Of a stretch of DNA of 64,000 nucleotides, positions 59,189 to 64,000 are shown one piece after another. The stretch is from an uncultured Chitinophaga sp. (lineage in GTDB: Bacteria; Bacteroidota; Bacteroidia; Chitinophagales; LD1), in NCBI GenBank assembly GCA_964615305.1, contig CAZTNA010000001.1, forward strand, positions 382,793 through 446,792, given 5' to 3'. The notes beneath the pieces are model-generated. The model made no database searches and had not been told where the DNA came from. It worked only from the letters and a program-made list of their open reading frames with translations. Made by a program: the position numbers and the translations under genes. The first letter of the stretch is position 1, and each line of letters opens with the position of its first letter.

Positions 59189-59734
59189 TTACCTAAAATA
59201 GTCTAGAAGGTGTTGGAGTATGTTCTCGGGCTCAGCCATTCTGCCATCGCCAACTAGTCCGCTGGCGAGTTCGCCATTTTCTACAGGAATAAGAATGTTT
59301 CCATAACTCATCAGTAAGTCTACATTGTGGATTACGGCTTTGTGTTTCCACATGTCTAAATCCATAGCAGGGGCAAAAAATACGGGGCATTTTGCAGAGA
59401 GATACACAGCGAGTAGCATATTATCGCAAAAACCGTTAGCCATTTTAGCTAAAGTGTTTGCTGAAGCTGGTGCAATAACCATAGCATCTGCCCATAAACC
59501 AAGATCTACGTGGTTATTCCAGTTGCCGTGTTCGGTTGTAAAATCTTCAATCACCGGATTTTTGCTAAGAGTTGATAGGGTAAGTGGCGTAATAAACTGA
59601 GAAGCCGAAGCAGTGAGAATAACTTTCACTTCTGCTCCGGCTTTTACTAACTGGCGAACCAATATGGCTGATTTATATGCGGCTATTGAACCACAAACAC
59701 CCAACACTATTTTTTTGCCTTTTAATTTGCTCAT
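59189..59734 (-). CDS. coaC: flavoprotein, phosphopantothenoylcysteine decarboxylase (CoaC) domain only
   Basis: 181-aa ORF with GVCGSIAAYKS, PASANTLAKMANG and PAMD. No CoaB (synthetase) domain follows before the aldolase gene. Confidence 0.78.
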   Translation of the reverse strand: MSKLKGKKIVLGVCGSIAAYKSAILVRQLVKAGAEVKVILTASASQFITPLTLSTLSKNPVIEDFTTEHGNWNNHVDLGLWADAMVIAPASANTLAKMANGFCDNMLLAVYLSAKCPVFFAPAMDLDMWKHKAVIHNVDLLMSYGNILIPVENGELASGLVGDGRMAEPENILQHLLDYFR

Positions 59735-59744
59735 AGAGCAAAAT

Positions 59745-60086
59745 TTAGTTGGCTGCTGGCTCTTCTATTTCGCGCACCAAAATTTCGTTGTTCTGAAATT
59801 CTTTAGTAGCTAAAATAGTGGCATGGGGTAATTTTTCGTAAAACTTCGAAATTTCAATTTGTTCACGGTTTTCATGAATCTCTTCTAAGTTATCAGTGCT
59901 AGATGCAAAATCTTCGAGTTTTGAGTGTAGTTCTTCTTTAATGTCTTTTGCTATTTGGTTAGCTCTTCGGCTAATTGTATAGATAGACTGATACACGTTG
60001 CCTGATTTACGCGCCATAGCTTCCAAATTCTGGGTTTCAATTAGCGGGTTAATTTGGCTCATCTTAATTTTTTTAACCTTATCCAT
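59745..60086 (-). CDS. rpoZ: DNA-directed RNA polymerase omega subunit (Bacteroidota type)
   Basis: 113-aa ORF. The segment GNVYQSIYTISRRANQI resembles RpoZ, and the gene sits in the conserved bamD-rpoZ-coaBC position. The start could instead be the internal ATG at 60062. Confidence 0.6.
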   Translation of the reverse strand: MDKVKKIKMSQINPLIETQNLEAMARKSGNVYQSIYTISRRANQIAKDIKEELHSKLEDFASSTDNLEEIHENREQIEISKFYEKLPHATILATKEFQNNEILVREIEEPAAN

Positions 60087-61230
60087 TAGATTTTAATTTT
60101 TTAATCTGTTCGTTTGAATGATTGAAAATTCGTTCTGCCTCTTTTCCGTAACGGCTTTGTGGAAAACGGTCGACAAAGGTATAATAAGTTTTCACAGTTT
60201 GCTGTAACCACGGAAGTTTATCCTTACTCTTTTTCTCTTCGCTAATCAGATAATTGTTTTTTACCACCAAAAAGTGCCCCTTCTCTACCCATTTGTTTAC
60301 CGTTTCAGTTTCTTTTTTGTCGACTAGTGATGGCAATTGAGCCTTTGCTTCGCTAAACGCTATGTTTAAGCAGCGTTCGCGGTCTTCGAGCGGGGCTATT
60401 TCTGCCCATTCAAAAGCTGCATGCACCGCCATAAAATGCGATTGTTGTTCGTTTTTGCGTGCATCCTCTAGAAATTTACTTCCTGCAAACTTGTATTTAA
60501 AATCGTTGAAACTGGCAATTACATTATTAAAACGCTCTGCTTTTTTTGATGGAATTGAGTTCTGAGCGTATTTGTATCTCGACTTTACCACCATGTAGCT
60601 CACCTTTTCACTTTCTTCTATATCTGGAAAATTGACTAAAATGCTTTCATACGATGCCGCTGCTGCTTTGTAGTTTTCGGTTTTATAGTAAAGTTCGGCA
60701 GCATTTAGTGCTTTTTTCTCCAACTTTTTCCGAAGTTTTGTAACTGCTGCGTTACTTTCGTTTAAGTACTTACTATCTGGAAACATGCTAAAGAAAAATT
60801 GGTAGGCATCCAGTGCTTTATAGGTGTAAGTTTGATCGAGGTCGGGTTTAGGTGATAACATCAGGTAACTTTTGGCCTGCATGTATAGGCACTCTTCAGC
60901 CCAAGCACCGTTAGGATAGAGGTCGTAAAAATTTTTGAAATGATAAGCAGAAATCATGTAGTCTCCCTGCATGTAGTTAGCGTTGCAATACATGTAGTAG
61001 AACTCTTCAGTACTTTCGCGGCCTTTCATCAAGCCTATGAGTTCTTCTAAGACTGGGATGCACTTGAAATACTCTTTCTTGTTGTACCAATAGGTAGCTT
61101 TGGTTTTTTTGTATTGAAGATCATTTGACTTCAATACTTTTTCTGGTGTTTCGCAGCCGGATATAAACAGCCAAACAACAAGCATAGTAGAAGCCGCAAG
61201 CGATAAAACCGGTAACCTGAAATTTTTCAT
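60079..61230 (-). CDS. bamD: outer membrane protein assembly factor BamD-like TPR lipoprotein
   Basis: 383-aa ORF with the lipoprotein signal ...LFISGC and TPR-like repeats, upstream of rpoZ. Confidence 0.6.
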   Translation of the reverse strand: MKNFRLPVLSLAASTMLVVWLFISGCETPEKVLKSNDLQYKKTKATYWYNKKEYFKCIPVLEELIGLMKGRESTEEFYYMYCNANYMQGDYMISAYHFKNFYDLYPNGAWAEECLYMQAKSYLMLSPKPDLDQTYTYKALDAYQFFFSMFPDSKYLNESNAAVTKLRKKLEKKALNAAELYYKTENYKAAAASYESILVNFPDIEESEKVSYMVVKSRYKYAQNSIPSKKAERFNNVIASFNDFKYKFAGSKFLEDARKNEQQSHFMAVHAAFEWAEIAPLEDRERCLNIAFSEAKAQLPSLVDKKETETVNKWVEKGHFLVVKNNYLISEEKKSKDKLPWLQQTVKTYYTFVDRFPQSRYGKEAERIFNHSNEQIKKLKSNG

Positions 61231-61341
61231 TGGCGGGCGAAGATATCTTTGATTTCGGCTTTAGGAAATTGTGTTGTTTAAACGTTTTGCCGTTAAAATA
61301 TTTTGTGAAGCCTGTATTTGATTCAAAACTATTATTGAACC

Positions 61342-61800
61342 ATGTTACTTGTTCATCTATTTATAGCTTCTCTTTTTGCTGCCAACACTGTTCGGGTAGT
61401 TTCGCTTCAGCAATTGATGCAAATAACGCAGCAAGAAAACAACACCCTTTACGTGATAAATTTTTGGGCAACCTGGTGTAAACCATGTGTAGAAGAAATG
61501 CCCTGCTTTGAATCTGCTAACCAAAAATGGAGAGACCAAAATGTGAAAGTGGTTTTTGTAAGCTTAAATTCTGTAAAGGAAAAGGCGGCAGTAGATAAGT
61601 TCATAGCCAAACGAGGTATCGAAACGGAAGTGCTTTTGTTAGATGCGGGCAACCCTAACAACTGGATTGACCAGATTGAAAAAGAATGGACCGGCTCAAT
61701 ACCTGCAACTTTATTTTTCAAAAACGGCAAGAAGGTTTTATTTCACGAAGGCGAAATCACTGGCGCGCAACTGGATACCATTATTCAACTCAAAAAATAA
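61342..61800 (+). CDS. TlpA-like thiol-disulfide oxidoreductase (thioredoxin fold)
   Basis: 152-aa ORF with the active site FWATWCKPC. Confidence 0.78.
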   Translation: MLLVHLFIASLFAANTVRVVSLQQLMQITQQENNTLYVINFWATWCKPCVEEMPCFESANQKWRDQNVKVVFVSLNSVKEKAAVDKFIAKRGIETEVLLLDAGNPNNWIDQIEKEWTGSIPATLFFKNGKKVLFHEGEITGAQLDTIIQLKK

Positions 61801-61805
61801 ATACT

Positions 61806-62405
61806 ATGAAACAAACGATTGTGCTATTCTCTTTTTTATTAACGCTTACTGCATTTAAACACCAAGGGTACCATGTGGGTGAAATAGCTGATGATTTTCA
61901 ACTTAAAAACATTGATGGCAAACTGGTGTCAATGGCCAACTATAAAGAGGCCAAAGGGTTTATTATCATTTTCACCTGTAACCATTGTCCGTTTTCGAAG
62001 AAGTATGAAAACAGGATAAATGCTTTGAACAAGAAATATGAAAAAGCAGGGTTCCCTGTATTAGCCATTAACCCAAATGATGCAGAGCAATATACGGACG
62101 ATAATTTTGAAAACATGAAGAAGCGTGCTAAAGAGAAAAAATTCACTTTCCCATATTTACATGATGAAACGCAGCAGGTTGCCCATGTTTTTGGGGCCAC
62201 CAAAACACCCGATGTTTTTATTCTGCAGCGAGAAGGTAAAGATTTGATAGTAAAATATACAGGAGCCATTGATAACAATAGTGATGACGAGAAAGCAGTT
62301 ACAGAAAAGTATGCTGAGAATGCTGTTGATGCATTACTGCAAGGCAAACCTGTAGAAGTAAGCTTTACCAAAGCTGTTGGCTGTTCTATCAAATGGAAGA
62401 AATAG
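61806..62405 (+). CDS. thioredoxin-fold (redoxin/AhpC-TSA-like) protein
   Basis: Start at ATG 61806 gives the signal peptide MKQTIVLFSFLLTLTAF. CxxC-type site FTCNHCPFSKKY. Confidence 0.7.
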   Translation: MKQTIVLFSFLLTLTAFKHQGYHVGEIADDFQLKNIDGKLVSMANYKEAKGFIIIFTCNHCPFSKKYENRINALNKKYEKAGFPVLAINPNDAEQYTDDNFENMKKRAKEKKFTFPYLHDETQQVAHVFGATKTPDVFILQREGKDLIVKYTGAIDNNSDDEKAVTEKYAENAVDALLQGKPVEVSFTKAVGCSIKWKK

Positions 62406-62433
62406 TAACTTGTTTAAAGACCAAACCCGTGTT

Positions 62434-62889
62434 ATGAAGCCGATAACTGCCTTAGTTGTTATTGTTTTACTTGCGTCAGGATGTAAAAAAAATTTACCCC
62501 CGGTTCAGTTGTTAGCGGGCGAAAATGCGAAAAGTTGGAAACGCTACCAGTACCAAAGTGGCACAAACACTCCTATGCTTTTGAATGATTGTTTTCAAGA
62601 CGATGTTTGGACATTTTTTGCTGATGGCAATTTGAAAATTGATTTAAGCGGAACAAACTGTGGAGGGTTTGGGGTGGTAACAGGCAATACGGTTAGCGGT
62701 ACGTGGAGTTTTAATAGCATGAGTGATACGGTGAGTTGGCAATACAGTAGCGGAAGTATGTTACATGCCTTTAAAATTGTAACACTTAGTAAAGACGAGT
62801 TGGTGGTGCATCAGCGGGTTGACTCTGCCGGGAATACAAATACTCCGAGTAGCACAATTGATATGTATAACTACTTTTTGGCTAGGTAA
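62434..62889 (+). CDS. lipocalin-like lipoprotein, unknown function
   Basis: Start at ATG 62434 gives the lipoprotein signal MKPITALVVIVLLASGC. The segment FQDDVWTFFADGNL is typical of lipocalin-like small lipoproteins. Confidence 0.45.
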   Translation: MKPITALVVIVLLASGCKKNLPPVQLLAGENAKSWKRYQYQSGTNTPMLLNDCFQDDVWTFFADGNLKIDLSGTNCGGFGVVTGNTVSGTWSFNSMSDTVSWQYSSGSMLHAFKIVTLSKDELVVHQRVDSAGNTNTPSSTIDMYNYFLAR

Positions 62890-62894
62890 TTATT

Positions 62895-64000
62895 ATGCTG
62901 CATACAGATACAATAGTCGCATTGGCAACGCCACAAGGTACCGGTGCCATAGGGGTAATACGCCTTTCCGGCAATGATGCTATTACTATTTGCAACAGAG
63001 TTTTCAAAGGAAAAAATCTGACAAAGCAGCTATCGCACACCATTCATTACGGGCATATAGTTGATCAAAATAAAGAGGTGGATGAGGTGATGGTTTCTCT
63101 TTTTCGAGCACCAAAGAGTTTTACCACTGAAGATGTTGTAGAAATTAGCTGCCACGGATCGCCCTTTGTTGCTGAACATATATTGCAGCTACTTGTTAAG
63201 AACGGTGCAAGAACTGCCCAAGCCGGGGAGTTTACACTAAGGGCTTTTATGAACGGCCGTATTGATTTAACACAAGCAGAAGCTGTAGCCGATTTGATTG
63301 CGAGTGATTCTGCCGCAAGCCACGAAGTAGCACTTAAGCAAATGCGCGGAGGGTTTGCCAACGATTTAAAGAGACTCCGACAACAATTGATAGACTATGC
63401 AGCGCTTATTGAGTTGGAGTTAGATTTTGGTGAAGAAGATGTAGAGTTTGCCAACCGTGAAAAGCTTATAGGATTAATTACCGAAGTAGAGAGTAGAATT
63501 ACTCCACTCATTCAGTCGTTCACTTTTGGTAATGTGATTAAACATGGCGTAAACACAGTAATAGCAGGAAGACCTAACGCGGGCAAATCTACTTTACTTA
63601 ACGCATTGCTTAACGAGGAACGAGCTATTGTGAGCGATATACCCGGCACTACACGCGATACCATAGAGGAGGTGATAAGTATAAATGGAGTTCAGTTTAG
63701 ATTTATTGATACAGCCGGTATAAGAGACACCGAAGATGTAATTGAAAAAAAAGGGGTAGAGAAAACTTTAGAAAAGTTGAAGAAAAGTTCTGTTTACATA
63801 TACCTGTTTGATGTGAACACCTTAAAACCGGAAGAACTTTTTCACGACATGCAACAACTTAATCTCACCGGTTTTAGAGGAATAATCTGTGCGAATAAAA
63901 TTGACAAGGCATCATGGAAAGACACCGCACCATTTTACGCAATGTTAAAGTCGAAATTTGGGAATTTAGATTTGCAAAAACAGTTGTTGTTTATTTCGTC
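62895..64000 (+). CDS. mnmE: tRNA modification GTPase MnmE (3' partial, runs off window)
   Basis: ATG 62895 gives MLHTDTIVALATPQGTGAIGVIRLSG. G-domain motifs GRPNAGKSTLLNALL and DTAGIR are present. There is no stop before the window end, so the ORF is absent from the track. Confidence 0.93.
   Translation, partial: MLHTDTIVALATPQGTGAIGVIRLSGNDAITICNRVFKGKNLTKQLSHTIHYGHIVDQNKEVDEVMVSLFRAPKSFTTEDVVEISCHGSPFVAEHILQLLVKNGARTAQAGEFTLRAFMNGRIDLTQAEAVADLIASDSAASHEVALKQMRGGFANDLKRLRQQLIDYAALIELELDFGEEDVEFANREKLIGLITEVESRITPLIQSFTFGNVIKHGVNTVIAGRPNAGKSTLLNALLNEERAIVSDIPGTTRDTIEEVISINGVQFRFIDTAGIRDTEDVIEKKGVEKTLEKLKKSSVYIYLFDVNTLKPEELFHDMQQLNLTGFRGIICANKIDKASWKDTAPFYAMLKSKFGNLDLQKQLLFIS

Overview
This window looks like a densely coding stretch of a Bacteroidota chromosome. 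Supporting markers are the fused lpxC/fabZ, T9SS type A and type B sorting domains, a PorP/SprF gene, the bamD-rpoZ-coaC arrangement and a TTTG-N19-TAnnTTTG promoter. Most genes are housekeeping: ftsZ, ddl, dapB, lepB, acs, tadA, sodA, psd, lpxD-lpxC/fabZ-lpxA, glmS, icd, murB, lpxK, accD, a class I aldolase, mnmE (3' partial) and a six-gene ribosomal-protein block. I found no rRNA, tRNA, CRISPR array, transposase or integrase.

The least ordinary part is the roughly 6.5-kb segment between glmS and icd:
- It starts with a cupin gene and a 566-bp ORF-free spacer. One half of the spacer is GC-rich and the other is very AT-rich with phased direct repeats.
- It then carries an orphan 222-aa gene, a CDGSH Fe-S protein, a possible unannotated 46-aa membrane ORF, a DUF962 protein and a LolA/DUF1571-like protein.
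- It ends with an 833-aa single-chain enzyme that looks like a Type IIG restriction-modification protein. This enzyme contains an exactly 99-bp, codon-phased, nested palindromic repeat inserted in frame.

Other points worth a second look:
- The rpsC-rplX ribosomal fragment is cut off from the rest of the S10/spc cluster and has its own promoter-like motif and terminator.
- A 1937-aa Cys-rich PKD-array T9SS cargo sits directly next to a PorP/SprF gene.
- A CoaC-only flavoprotein sits where a fused CoaBC is expected.
- A short TonB-receptor-like stub overlaps the end of lepB.

I see no multi-gene system that I can defend as clearly novel. The findings below are leads, not demonstrations.
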